Source: Paraphysomonas bandaiensis
Lineage: Eukaryota > Protista > Chrysophyceae
Reading direction: 5' to 3'
Length of the DNA: 63,904 bases
Assembly (NCBI GenBank): GCA_965644295.1
Contig: CBFFRP010000533.1
Location: 1-63,904, forward strand
The position numbers and the translations under genes are program-made. Under the pieces are notes generated by a model. That model had not been told where the DNA came from and did no database searches. It saw nothing but the letters and a program-made list of their open reading frames with translations. Within the stretch, counting starts at the first letter, position 1; every line of letters starts with the position of its first letter. Below are positions 26,601 to 38,405 of the stretch, one piece after another.

Positions 26601-29600
26601 AGTATGCTGGTTGTTATTGCAAAGCATGTGATGAACCCTAGCAGAGTATGCTGGTTATCGTTGCAAAGCATGTGATGAACCCTAGCAGAGTATGCGGGTT
26701 ATCGTTGCAAAGCATGAGATGAACCCTAGCAGAGTATGCAGGTAGTCCTTGCAAAGCATGTGATGAACCTTAGCAGATTATGGTGGTTGTCCTAGCAAAG
26801 CATGAGATGAACCCTAGCAGAGTATGCTGGTTGTCCTAGCAAAGCATGTGATGAACCCTAGCAGAGTATGCAGGTAGTCCTTGCAAAGCATGAGATGAAC
26901 CCTAGCAGAGTATGCTGGTTGTCCTTGCAGAGCATGTGATGAATCCTAGCAGAGTATGCAGGTAGTCCTTGCAAAGCATGTGATGAATCCTAGCAGAGTA
27001 TGCAGGTAGTCCTTGCAAAGCATGAGATGAACCCTAGCAGAGTATGCTGGTTGTCCTAGCAAAGCATGTGATGAACCCTAGCAGAGTATGCTGATTGTCT
27101 TTGCAAATCATGTGATGAACCCTAGCAGAGTATGCTGGTTGTCCTTGCAAAGCATGTGATGAACCCTAGCAGAGTATGCTGGTTATCGTTGCAAAGCATG
27201 TGATGAACCCTAGCAGAGTATGCGGGTTATCGTTGCAAAGCATGAGATGAACCCTAGCAGAGTATGCAGGTAGTCCTTGCAAAGCATGTGATGAACCTTA
27301 GCAGATTATGGTGGTTGTCCTAGCAAAGCATGAGATGAACCCTAGCAGAGTATGCTGGTTGTCCTAGCAAAGCATGTGATGAACCCTAGCAGAGTATGCA
27401 GGTAGTCCTTGCAAAGCATGAGATGAACCCTAGCAGAGTATGCAGGTAGTCCTTGCAGAGCATGTGATGAATCCTAGCAGAGTATGCAGGTAGTCCTTGC
27501 AAAGCATGTGATGAATCCTAGCAGAGTATGCAGGTAGTCCTTGCAAAGCATGAGATGAACCCTAGCAGAGTATGCTGGTTGTCCTAGCAAAGCATGTGAT
27601 GAACCCTAGCAGAGTATGCTGATTGTCCTTGCAAATCATGTGATGAACCCTAGCAGAGTATGCTGGTTGTCCTTGCAAAGCATGTGATGAACCCTAGCAG
27701 AGTATGCGGGTTGTCCTTGCAAAGCATGTGATGAACCCTAGCAGAGTATGCGGGTTGTCCTTGCAAAGCATGTGATGAATCCTAGCAGAGTATGCTGGTT
27801 GTCCTTGCAAAGCATGTGATGAACCCTTGCAGAGTATGCGGGTTGTCCTTGCAAAGCATGTGATGAACCCTAGCAGAGTATGCTGGTTGTCCTTGCAAAG
27901 CATGTGATGAACCCTAGCAGAGTATGCAGGTAGTCCTTGCAAAGCATGAGATGAACCCTAGCAGAGTATGCAGGTAGTCCTTGCAAAGCATGTGATGAAC
28001 CCTAGCAGAGTATGCTGGTTATTGTTGCAGAGCATGTGATGAATCCTAGCAGAGTATGCAGGTAGTCCTTGCAGAGCATGTGATGTACCCTAGCAGAGTA
28101 TGCAGGTAGTCCTTGCAAAGCATGTGATGAATCCTAGCAGAGTATGCAGGTAGTCCTTGCAAAGCATGAGATGAACCCTAGCAGAGTATGCTGGTTGTCC
28201 TAGCAAAGCATGTGATGAACCCTAGCAGAGTATGCTGATTGTCCTTGCAAATCATGTGATGAACCCTAGCAGAGTATGCTGGTTGTTATTGCAAAGCATG
28301 TGATGAACCCTAGCAGAGTATGCTGGTTATCGTTGCAAAGCATGTGATGAACCCTAGCAGAGTATGCGGGTTATCGTTGCAAAGCATGAGATGAACCCTA
28401 GCAGAGTATGCAGGTAGTCCTTGCAAAGCATGTGATGAACCTTAGCAGATTATGGTGGTTGTCCTAGCAAAGCATGAGATGAACCCTAGCAGAGTATGCT
28501 GGTTGTCCTAGCAAAGCATGTGATGAACCCTAGCAGAGTATGCAGGTAGTCCTTGCAAAGCATGAGATGAACCCTAGCAGAGTATGCAGGTAGTCCTTGC
28601 AGAGCATGTGATGAATCCTAGCAGAGTATGCAGGTAGTCCTTGCAAAGCATGTGATGAATCCTAGCAGAGTATGCAGGTAGTCCTTGCAAAGCATGAGAT
28701 GAACCCTAGCAGAGTATGCTGGTTGTCCTAGCAAAGCATGTGATGAACCCTAGCAGAGTATGCTGATTGTCCTTGCAAAGCATGTGATGAACCCTAGCAG
28801 AGTATGCTGGTTATTGTTGCAGAGCATGTGATGAATCCTAGCAGAGTATGCAGGTAGTCCTTGCAGAGCATGTGATGTACCCTAGCAGAGTATGCAGGTA
28901 GTCCTTGCAAAGCATGTGATGAATCCTAGCAGAGTATGCAGGTAGTCCTTGCAAAGCATGAGATGAACCCTAGCAGAGTATGCTGGTTGTCCTAGCAAAG
29001 CATGTGATGAACCCTAGCAGAGTATGCTGATTGTCCTTGCAAATCATGTGATGAACCCTAGCAGAGTATGCTGGTTGTTATTGCAAAGCATGTGATGAAC
29101 CCTAGCAGAGTATGCTGGTTATCGTTGCAAAGCATGTGATGAACCCTAGCAGAGTATGCGGGTTATCGTTGCAAAGCATGAGATGAACCCTAGCAGAGTA
29201 TGCAGGTAGTCCTTGCAAAGCATGTGATGAACCTTAGCAGATTATGGTGGTTGTCCTAGCAAAGCATGAGATGAACCCTAGCAGAGTATGCTGGTTGTCC
29301 TAGCAAAGCATGTGATGAACCCTAGCAGAGTATGCAGGTAGTCCTTGCAAAGCATGAGATGAACCCTAGCAGAGTATGCAGGTAGTCCTTGCAGAGCATG
29401 TGATGAATCCTAGCAGAGTATGCAGGTAGTCCTTGCAAAGCATGTGATGAATCCTAGCAGAGTATGCAGGTAGTCCTTGCAAAGCATGAGATGAACCCTA
29501 GCAGAGTATGCTGGTTGTCCTAGCAAAGCATGTGATGAACCCTAGCAGAGTATGCTGATTGTCCTTGCAAATCATGTGATGAACCCTAGCAGAGTATGCT

Positions 29601-29873
29601 GGTTGTCCTTGCAAAGCATGTGATGAACCCTAGCAGAGTATGCTGGTTGTCCTTGCAAAGCATGTGATGAACCCTAGCAGAGTATGCTGGTTGTCCTTGC
29701 AAAGCATGTGATGAACCCTAGCAGAGTATGCTGGTTGTCCTAGCAAAGCATGTGATGAACCCTAGCAGAGTATGCGGGTTGTCCTTGCAAAGCATGTGAT
29801 GAACGCTAGCAGAGTATGCTGGTTGTCCTAGCAAAGCATGTGATGAACCCTAGCAGAGTATGCGGGTTATCGT
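17665..29873. repeat. 44-bp tandem satellite, ~277 copies (12.2 kb), built from two related 22-bp halves
   Basis: Consensus GCAAAGCATGTGATGAACCCTA-GCAGAGTATGCTGGTTGTCCTA. Same register at 17701 and 29581 (11880 = 270 x 44). Confidence 0.99.
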
Positions 29874-30216
29874 GAGTGTTTGCCCTCCGAATGTAGGCGA
29901 ACAGGGATGGAGCTGTAGAACCCCTTTAGGTTTTGGCACAACTAATCATTGATGTTCATCATATGCATCTGATAGCTGTATGTATTCTGTAACCAACTCA
30001 GTACCAATATATACATATAATACAGGGATATTATTATGAGTGCGCACTTTCAAGCGTCTTCTTTCTTCATTTTATATTGCTCGATATTCACACTAGTTGG
30101 CCAAAGGTAAAATAAGTAGTTGTGAAAAGCATTACAAGCACAAGGCACTTCAGTGAGCAGATAGGTATCGGACCTGACAGAAGCAGTATTAGTAGTGATT
30201 ACATTTGATGATAGGA

Positions 30217-30372
30217 GCGGCAACGCTCAAGCAATTCTCGTAGCGTTAAATAGTAGGATGTAAGAGTTTACACGAGCTAGTAAATGGTAGATGCTTATCT
30301 AGCTTGACTAGTTTTCAACTAGCTACCAAGCTGGTGCAGATTATTAACGCCTGTTGCTAAAAATAAGACTTT
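30217..30372 (+). mobile_element. Dispersed retroposon-like family, copy B (diverged)
   Basis: gcggcaacgctcaagcaattctcgtagcgttaaatagtagga...aacgcctgttgctaaaaataagacttt. Confidence 0.6.
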
Positions 30373-30856
30373 TAATATATGTGAGTGGAGTAGGTCAATC
30401 TTTCTACAGGAAATACATCCCTACAGTTTCTTACTTCAATATATATACATAAATCGCGTATGTACATACTAGACACTAGACATTGAGTGTGATGTCCTTG
30501 AACTGGAAACTGGGGAACCGGAGAAGAGCATAATGCGATTCTCATCAGACAGATGAGATATAATCCTAACTTGTATTGCGTACTGATTATGCGACGCAAA
30601 GGAGCATTGCACTCTTGCCCAGACAGATTCAGTAATATAGCTTATTAATTAGAATATTGCATGCATAATCTTCGGTTCCTATGTATAAGTGAGTTTACTA
30701 TTGTCAATATATATACACAGCTGGAATGAGCAGCTGGATGAACTCATAACGAGAGCCAAAAACCCACAGAATAACAGGCGGGGTGCGTGCATCAATAAAT
30801 CTATATAAAATCTTCTCGATAACTTCGATTAGACATTACACGAGCAATAGGGCAGT

Positions 30857-31507
30857 CTAAGAAGATGATACAGCACCTTGCAGCTGAAGATACTCCGTAT
30901 GTGAAAGTCTCTCTTTCGAAGATTGATACCTGGTCAGACTAATGGACTGCAGTAATGTAGGGGTTACCCTTCCTTTGTATCCAGCCTTTCGCACTAAAGA
31001 CTCGATTGCCTGCTCCTGATTCCAACCTTGCTCTGAGGCAACCTCGGGAAGGTACGTGGCAGAGTACCGCTTCCTGTCGTTCTCAAACTCAATAATGATG
31101 CCATGTACACCAACCTGTTGAAAAAATGACGAAGTAAGAAATAAGACTTCATTCCTCACCTCCCAATCAAGGTAATTAGATGCACTTTCATATTTCACAA
31201 GAAGCGATACACACACCTCTAGATGCGACATCTCCTGCTCCTGTAATGGGGAAAACCTGCTGTCCCTAAAAGCACTGGACATAACGAAATACGACATATC
31301 CTCCAGTGGTCTTGCAGAGAGAGTCCCAATACATCCTCTGAGACTCTTTCCTCTACGATCGATAGTGTTGAGTGTAATAAACATGGGACAGTTCACTCCT
31401 TTGGGGAATGGAAAATCTGGCTCTCTTTGTCCCTTAAAGTGAGCATGAAGGACATCAAAACAATAGATACACATCTCTACACTTGCTGAAGGGTTATCGG
31501 TATCCAT
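30857..31507 (-). CDS. AMMECR1: AMMECR1-family protein; in-frame 45-nt intron 31115-31159
   Basis: MCIYCFDVL, PMFIT, LRGCIGT, SAFRDSRFSP, DWE|VGVHGIIIEF, ATYLPEVA.EQGW, LTRYQSSK. Confidence 0.93.
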   Translation of the reverse strand: MDTDNPSASVEMCIYCFDVLHAHFKGQREPDFPFPKGVNCPMFITLNTIDRRGKSLRGCIGTLSARPLEDMSYFVMSSAFRDSRFSPLQEQEMSHLEVCVSLLVKYESASNYLDWEVRNEVLFLTSSFFQQVGVHGIIIEFENDRKRYSATYLPEVASEQGWNQEQAIESLVRKAGYKGRVTPTLLQSISLTRYQSSKERLSHTEYLQLQGAVSSS

Positions 31508-32130
31508 ATTTGCTGTTGACTGTTAATATTATTCTATATGCTCGATGTGCATGTGTATGTATATGTCAACACAGGCAGCCATATCATACACAGTCCATAG
31601 TGTAGACTACACACACTGTACATACATACACAGTACATACAACAGTGCGTTGAGAGGTACAGTACTACGAATGTATAGGAAGATGTATGTACATGTATGG
31701 GGTCGTTTCAATGATGTCTTGTTCCCACAATTCTACTGTATGTTCTTCATATATTTCGGGATTTTTCTTGGCGAACCATCGAAATATACCAGAAAATACT
31801 GTGTCGAAATATACCAGAAGTATTTTTTTGTTGAAAAAATCAGGCATTTTAAGTATATACAAAATATATTTTTCAAAATAGTGGCGATATTTAAATCAGA
31901 AGATCCAGCCAATCGGATGGATGGAATAAGCCTGGAATGTGTGGGACAGGTCGACATACTTCATACAGCAGTTGACTATACGTATAGCATAGCAGTATAC
32001 TGTACAGTGTGTATGTATGTATGTATACTCAGCAGATGATGCGGTAGATTCATACATAACAACACCCACTATTTCAAACTTGACCTCCTCATTACCATCA
32101 CCATCCTCTAATCAAGTCATACGATCTATA

Positions 32131-32574
32131 ATGGAACAATATGAAGGATCAACTGAAGGTGATGTCCGTGAACAGGACAGACTGTTACCTATTGCTAACA
32201 TAGCCCGCATCATGAAGAAGGTGTTGCCTAATAATGGAAAAGTATCCAAAGAAGGGAAGGAAGTTGTACAAGAATGTGTATCAGAGTTTATCAGTTTTAT
32301 TACATCAGAAGCGAGTGAACGATGCGTGCATGAGAAAAGAAAAACTATCAATGGCGATGATGTGATTTGGGCAATGAATACTTTGGGATTTGATGCGTAT
32401 GTTGAGCCTATGGCAGTATACTTGGGAAAATACAGAGAATCTATCAAATTAGAAATGCCGGAAAAGCGTCAAAAGACTGGTAGACCTCGTGCTGAGTCAA
32501 ATCAAGAAAGTGGGACTGAAGTGTCCGCTGAAGCCCCAGCGCCTGCTACTGAAGGTGAAAAGGCCACTATATAA
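32131..32574 (+). CDS. NFYB: Nuclear transcription factor Y subunit B (histone fold)
   Basis: [66 protein letters not shown]. Confidence 0.95.
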   Translation: MEQYEGSTEGDVREQDRLLPIANIARIMKKVLPNNGKVSKEGKEVVQECVSEFISFITSEASERCVHEKRKTINGDDVIWAMNTLGFDAYVEPMAVYLGKYRESIKLEMPEKRQKTGRPRAESNQESGTEVSAEAPAPATEGEKATI

Positions 32575-33109
32575 TACGTGTAGTACATTGTTTTTCCCTG
32601 TACAGCCACCTTCTTGACTTTGTGGGGCTTGACTTGTGTTGAATTTTTAAGTTTGTCCGGGTTGGTGCTTTTCCTGCAACGTCAGATTTGCTTCATATGT
32701 GACCCCTACCCGAGTTGTAGGAGTTAGGAATTATAGTTGTTTTGACCCTTTAGTATATTAGGTTTTAAGTAACGAAAATGTTACCTCATTTACTATTTAT
32801 CTGTTTTGCGATAGATCTTACTATTTTTCTTTGTCGATGGATAGACCTTGCTACTCACTCTCGTTGAGTTTCTTCGTCGTAAATATCACATTGTACTGCT
32901 TGCAGTGCACTCTAGTCAAAACTAATATTAAGTAAAACTGAAAGTAACGACGTATAGTAACTGTATAAGATTTAATATTCAAAGGGTAATAACATGTGGC
33001 CATAGCTTAAAGCTGTGTTTGTTCAAGATGGAGACAATATGTACATGGTGATGGCTTAGTATAACTTGTGAATTCAGCAATCCTAATCCAGCTAATGCAA
33101 TTACAATTA

Positions 33110-33507
33110 CCGGGAACTGGGCACCTATTAATGGCTTTTACTGGTACTAGATAGAATATGCTACAAAGAATTAGATATTTTTAAGAGATATATAGTATCT
33201 CCTCTATTCTCCGAAGAAACTCTAAACAATGTTCATGCAACTCAACAGCTACTTTGTGACAACTATGCGCATTATCAGAGGCAAATTTAAAGCTATAAGT
33301 GTTAGCAAATAGTTTTGTGAGGAATATCATACTCGGCAATTGAAGTGCCTGCTTCGTGATGCTTGCAGTCAACACATTCATTGCTCTATGTACGACACAT
33401 ATATCTATATGCTATGATAATAGCTGCCGAGACATTTTTCATAAATGCTATTATAATTTTCGGAAACTGGGAACCCATTAATAGGCCATTAATGGTTACC
33501 AGGCCTG
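33110..33507. mobile_element. Degenerate hAT-type MITE remnant
   Basis: Right end ccattaatggttaccaggcctg matches the MITE at 56114-56181. Left end degraded. Confidence 0.45.
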
Positions 33508-33855
33508 CTACTATATGTCACAGTAAAAAACAATTCCTGTGCTCTACCGAAACATTGATATCTAGAATGAAAAGTATTTATTAGAAAGGTGCATTTGCCG
33601 TTATTGAAGTTACATAGAGTTGATGTGAAACAGTCTAAACTTGATGAAACGTTGATAATTTTGATTAAAGTTATCCTTACACAGCATTGAATACGAACGA
33701 ATGATGCTAAATGTATATTTCTTGCGCCGGCAGAATTGTTCTCCTTGCGTAAAACACAAGCTGTTGCCTTGGCCTTTTCCTTGTGTGTTTGGAAGAAGGC
33801 GGATTCTCGTATCTCAGATACAGAGTTATGAGGTCGAAACGCATATAATATATAG

Positions 33856-34177
33856 GCAACAGATAACGTTCTTCCCACTAATAGTCGAGTGCTTGTGTGA
33901 TAAGTGTCACTTGTGTAGACGTCTCTTTGGTCCCTGACGAATAAATGGCCCACCTCAAGGGCATTCGGGGTATTGGGCTGCCCGATGTAGTCAATCATTT
34001 GGGAATGTGCCGGATAGAGTGGTTGCACCTTGGTGCTTGCGGTGACGCACAAGCAGCTTTAGTAGCGCAAAACAGTAGGATACCAGAGTTCAGCACTAGC
34101 TAGTTAAATGCTAGTTAAATTGTTTTGCTACACTAGCCCTGGCTCTTACAAGCCCATTGCTAATAATTAGACATTCA
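33856..34177 (+). mobile_element. Dispersed retroposon-like family, copy C
   Basis: About 320 bp homologous to the reverse complement of 56263-56680. Contains core gtggttgcaccttggtgcttgcggtgacgcacaagcagcttt and ends agacattca. Confidence 0.75.
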
Positions 34178-34626
34178 GTTATCTTATGATAGTAAAATAG
34201 TTGTCCAGGGAAGGATTGTGTAAGTAGTACAATATATTGTATTGTTGTAGTATGTATTATTCAAGTATTTCGACTGGAAATATTGAGCGGTTTACATTTG
34301 AAACAAAGCAAGTGTACAACAAAGCAAGGTATCTTTTTTTCGACGTAATCAATTTAGTGTAATTTCCTAGTCACACTGAAATTGGTGTAAAAACCTAGTC
34401 ATTAAATAATTAGATTATTAACTTTACAATGACTAGGCTGTAGGCTGACTAGGTTGACTAGGTTGACTAGGTGGAAGTGGGTATTCACCTAGTCAAACAG
34501 GGGAGCATACTGTAGCCAAATTCAAATGCTATATGCCTCACACTTCGTCAGGGTAAGGTTTACGTGTATGTTGAATTACATATCCGACTTCAAAACACTG
34601 AATTTATGAAATGAGAACAAGTACAG

Positions 34627-34673
34627 CATTAGTTCTGACTCTTACACGCCTATTGCTAATAATAAGACATTCA
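34627..34673 (+). mobile_element. Dispersed retroposon-like family, copy D (terminal ~47 bp only)
   Basis: ttagttctgactcttacacgcctattgctaataataagacattca, nearly identical to the copy A end. Confidence 0.65.
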
Positions 34674-35216
34674 CTACTAGAAGAAGTATATGCATTAATA
34701 ATTACAATTTTTCTATCGTAATAACAGAGATCTAAACTTTCAAAAACTCTCATATATAGGCAGATATATGATACATATGCAGATATTATCGAAACGGCCA
34801 ATATAATGTATTTACCGCCCCCCATTACTTTCCTTCGCATTCCTGGCTTATATTTTAAAGGGCTTTGAGCAGATATCCAGCGAGGTGAGCGAGATGAGCA
34901 TTTAAAATTCAAAATCCTTTGCTTTTAATAAAATTCATCACGATGATACACAAAGTATGCCTCAGTATCCTAGAAATTAGATGGGAATTGGCGGTAACAA
35001 TAATCACACTTCACACGTCCGGAGTGCATTTCTTTTCTATGCTGCTTCAATGCAACTTTAGTTGTAAATGATCTACGGCTTAGTGTGCTGTCAACTCGAT
35101 TCGAATACACTGCGACTGTATGCTGCTCTGACACACTTTTGGATGTATGCCCGGTAACATAAATCATATACGAAGTCATTGAAATACATTGTGTGAATAT
35201 GCTACCCTAACTCACA

Positions 35217-38200
35217 CTATCCGCACACAAAGCGATTGGCATGCATTGTATAGATATGCCGCACTATGTCAGCTTCAGTTTCAAAGCGTTGGCCACAATA
35301 TTTACAAAAAAAACGATTGGCATGCATTGTATAGATATGCCGCTCGAAGTCAACTTCAGTTCCAAAGCGTTGGCCACAATATTTACACACAAAGCGATCG
35401 ACATGCATTGTACTGATACGCCGTTCGAAGTCACCTGCACTTCCGAAGCCTTGCTCACAATCGTAGCACTCAAAGCGATTGGCATGAATTGTATAGATAT
35501 GCCGCACTAAGTCAGCTTCAGTTCCAAAGCGTTGGCCACAATATTTACAAAAAAAGCGATTGGCATGCATTGTATAGATATGCCGCTCGAAGTCAACTTC
35601 AGTTCCAAAGCGTTGGCCACAATATTTACACACAAAGCGATCGACATGCATTGCATAGATATGCCGTTCGAAGTCACCTGCACTTCCGAAGCCTTGTTCA
35701 CAATCGTAGCACTCAAAGCGATTGGCATGATACAGAATCGGATGTACTTGAATTATATGCTGCTCTGCGTCATCTTTAGTTCCGAAGCTTTGGTCACAAT
35801 ATTTACAAAAAAAGCGATTGGCATGAACTGTATAGATATGCCGCACTAAGTCAACTTCAGTTCCAAAGCGTTGGCCACAATATATACACACAAAGCGATT
35901 TATGTGTATTGATCTGATATGCTGCTCTAAGGCAACTTCTGTTCCAAAGTGTTGGCCACAATATATACACACAAAGCGATTTATGTGTATTGATCTGATA
36001 TGCTGCTCTAAGGCAACTTCTGTTCCAAACTGTTGGCCACAATATTTACACACAAAGCTATTGAGATGCATCGTACTGATATGCTGCTCTAAATCAACAT
36101 CTGTTCCAAAGCGTTGGTCACAATAGTCGCACTCAAAGCGATTGGCATGCATTGATCTGATATGCTGCTCTAAATCAACATCTGTTCCAAAGTGTTGGTC
36201 GCAATGGTCGCACTCAAAGCGATTTATGTGCATCGTACTGATATGCTGCTCTAAATCAACATCTGTTCCAAAGCGTTGGTCACAATCGTCGCACTCAAAG
36301 CGATTTATGTGCATTGATCTGATATGCTGCTCTAAATCAACTTCTGCTCCAAAGCGTTGGTCACAATGGTCACACACAAAGCGATTGGCATGCATTGATC
36401 TGATATGCTGCTCTAAGGCAACTTCTGTTCCAAAGCGTTGGTCACAATGGTCGCACACGAAGCGATTTATATGCATTGATCTGATATGCTGCTCTAAATC
36501 AACTTCTGTTCCAAAGCGTTGGTCACAATGGTCGCACTCAAAGGCATTGACATGAATTGATCTGATATGCTGCTCTAAGGCAACTTCTGTTCCAAAGTGT
36601 TGGTCACAATCGTCGCACTCAAAGCGATTGAGATGCATCGTACTGATATGCTGCTCTAAATCAACATCTGTTCCAAAGCGCTTGCACTCAATCAGATTGA
36701 AATGCACTGCTTCTGCATGTTGTTTCATATCAGCTTTAGTTTTGAATTTGCGGCTACAATAATCACACTTAACACTCCTGGAGTGCACTTCGTTTTTATG
36801 ACACTTTAATTCAAGTTTTGTTGAGAATGACTTGTGACAGCGCTTGCACTCAAACCGATTGGAATGAACTATATATGCATGTCTATTCATATCCGTATTA
36901 GTTTTGAATTTGCGGCTACAGTAATCACACTTAACACTTCTGGAGTGTTTATTACTCCTTAATACACGTTGCGTTGAGAACGACTTGCATTCAAACAGAA
37001 TCGGATGTGCTTGAATTATATGCTGCTCTGCGTCATCTTTAGTTCCAAAGTTTTGGTCAAAATATTTACACGCAAAGCGATTGACATGCAATATCCTGAT
37101 ATGCCGCACTAAGTCAACTTCTGTTCCAAAGTGTTGGTCACAATATTCACACACAAAGTAAGTGGCATGCATTGAACTGATATGCTGCTCTAAGTCATCT
37201 TCACTTCCAAAGAGCTGGTCACAATCGTTGCACTCAAAGGGATAGACATGCATGGCACTGATATGCTGATCTAAGTCGTCTTCAGTTTCTAATTTTCGGC
37301 CACAATAATCGCACGCAAAGTGATAGACATGCATTGAACTGATATGTCGGTCTAATTCATCTTCAGTTTTAAATTTCCGGTCACAATAGTAGCACTCGAA
37401 GGGATTGACATGCATTGTCCTGATATGCCGCACTAAGTCATCTTCAGTTTCAAAGTTTTGGTCACAATAGTAGCACTCAAAGAGATTGAAATGCATTGTG
37501 TTAATATGCTGCCTTAACTGGTATTCAGATACAAATTTTTGGTCACAACAGTCACACTCTAAGCGTATAATATGCACTTTGATTACATGTTCCTCCAAGT
37601 CATCTTCAGTACCCAAGTGTTGGTCACAATATTCACACACAAAGTTAGTGACGTGCATTGTACTGATATGTTGATCTAAATCAACTTCTGTTCCAAAGCG
37701 TTGGTCACAATCGTCGCACTCAAAGGCATTGACATGCATTGATCTGATATGCTGCTCTAAGTCAACTTCTGTTACAAAGTGTTGGTCACAATGGTCGCAC
37801 TCAAAGGCATTGACACGCGTTGATCTGATATGCTGCTCTAAATCAACTTCTGTTCCAAAGCGTTGGTCACAATGGTCGCACACAAAGCGATTGGCATGCA
37901 TTGATCTGATATGCCACTCTAAGTCATTTTCACTTCCAAAGCTTTTGTCACAATAGTCGCACAAGAAGTGATCGACATGCAGCCTGATATGCCGCTGTAA
38001 GTCATATGTACTTCCAAACTTATGGCCACAATAGTAGCACTTAAAGGGATCGACACGTTTAACACGTTTGGAGTGCACTTCACTTTTATGACTCTTCAAT
38101 GCACCTTTAGTTGTGAATGATATGTGACAGAGTGTACACTCAAATCGATTGGAATGCACAATGCGTTTATGCCGTTCTAAAGAATCTGGATTTATAAAAT

Positions 38201-38405
38201 ATTGATTACATTTTTCACACTCGAAGCGTATGAAATGCACTCTGTATATATGCTGCTTAAAATCATATTCAGTTTTAAATTTTTGGTTACAAAAACTGCA
38301 TTTGTTGCGAGCTGAATCCAGTCTGGGAACCTTCCGCATTACGCTCCGAGAAGAGCTCTGCACTCTATCTCGGACTGTTAGTCGTAAGATGTTTCTCTTC
38401 TCCAT
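35217..38405 (-). CDS. Intronless tandem C2H2 zinc-finger array protein (~35 fingers, 29-aa period)
   Basis: Repeated FxCxxCxQxFGTEVDLEQHIxxxH; 87-bp nucleotide periodicity. Confidence 0.93.
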   Translation of the reverse strand: MEKRNILRLTVRDRVQSSSRSVMRKVPRLDSARNKCSFCNQKFKTEYDFKQHIYRVHFIRFECEKCNQYFINPDSLERHKRIVHSNRFECTLCHISFTTKGALKSHKSEVHSKRVKRVDPFKCYYCGHKFGSTYDLQRHIRLHVDHFLCDYCDKSFGSENDLEWHIRSMHANRFVCDHCDQRFGTEVDLEQHIRSTRVNAFECDHCDQHFVTEVDLEQHIRSMHVNAFECDDCDQRFGTEVDLDQHISTMHVTNFVCEYCDQHLGTEDDLEEHVIKVHIIRLECDCCDQKFVSEYQLRQHINTMHFNLFECYYCDQNFETEDDLVRHIRTMHVNPFECYYCDRKFKTEDELDRHISSMHVYHFACDYCGRKLETEDDLDQHISAMHVYPFECNDCDQLFGSEDDLEQHISSMHATYFVCEYCDQHFGTEVDLVRHIRILHVNRFACKYFDQNFGTKDDAEQHIIQAHPILFECKSFSTQRVLRSNKHSRSVKCDYCSRKFKTNTDMNRHAYIVHSNRFECKRCHKSFSTKLELKCHKNEVHSRSVKCDYCSRKFKTKADMKQHAEAVHFNLIECKRFGTDVDLEQHISTMHLNRFECDDCDQHFGTEVALEQHIRSIHVNAFECDHCDQRFGTEVDLEQHIRSMHINRFVCDHCDQRFGTEVALEQHIRSMHANRFVCDHCDQRFGAEVDLEQHIRSMHINRFECDDCDQRFGTDVDLEQHISTMHINRFECDHCDQHFGTDVDLEQHIRSMHANRFECDYCDQRFGTDVDLEQHISTMHLNSFVCKYCGQQFGTEVALEQHIRSIHINRFVCIYCGQHFGTEVALEQHIRSIHINRFVCIYCGQRFGTEVDLVRHIYTVHANRFFCKYCDQSFGTKDDAEQHIIQVHPILYHANRFECYDCEQGFGSAGDFERHIYAMHVDRFVCKYCGQRFGTEVDFERHIYTMHANRFFCKYCGQRFGTEADLVRHIYTIHANRFECYDCEQGFGSAGDFERRISTMHVDRFVCKYCGQRFGTEVDFERHIYTMHANRFFCKYCGQRFETEADIVRHIYTMHANRFVCG

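Noticed and set aside
17665-29873. CRISPR array or coding repeat
   Set aside because: No unique spacers, no cas genes, eukaryotic context. The unit is not a multiple of 3 and has frequent stops; the short ORFs at 24262-27942 are incidental.
33930-33960. CTGACGA as hammerhead ribozyme core in the dispersed repeat (also at 39823 and 56576)
   Set aside because: No stem II followed by GAAA in the required geometry.
33489-34052. 187-aa minus-strand ORF
   Set aside because: Overlaps a dispersed repeat in antisense and a MITE end; no ATG start or motifs.
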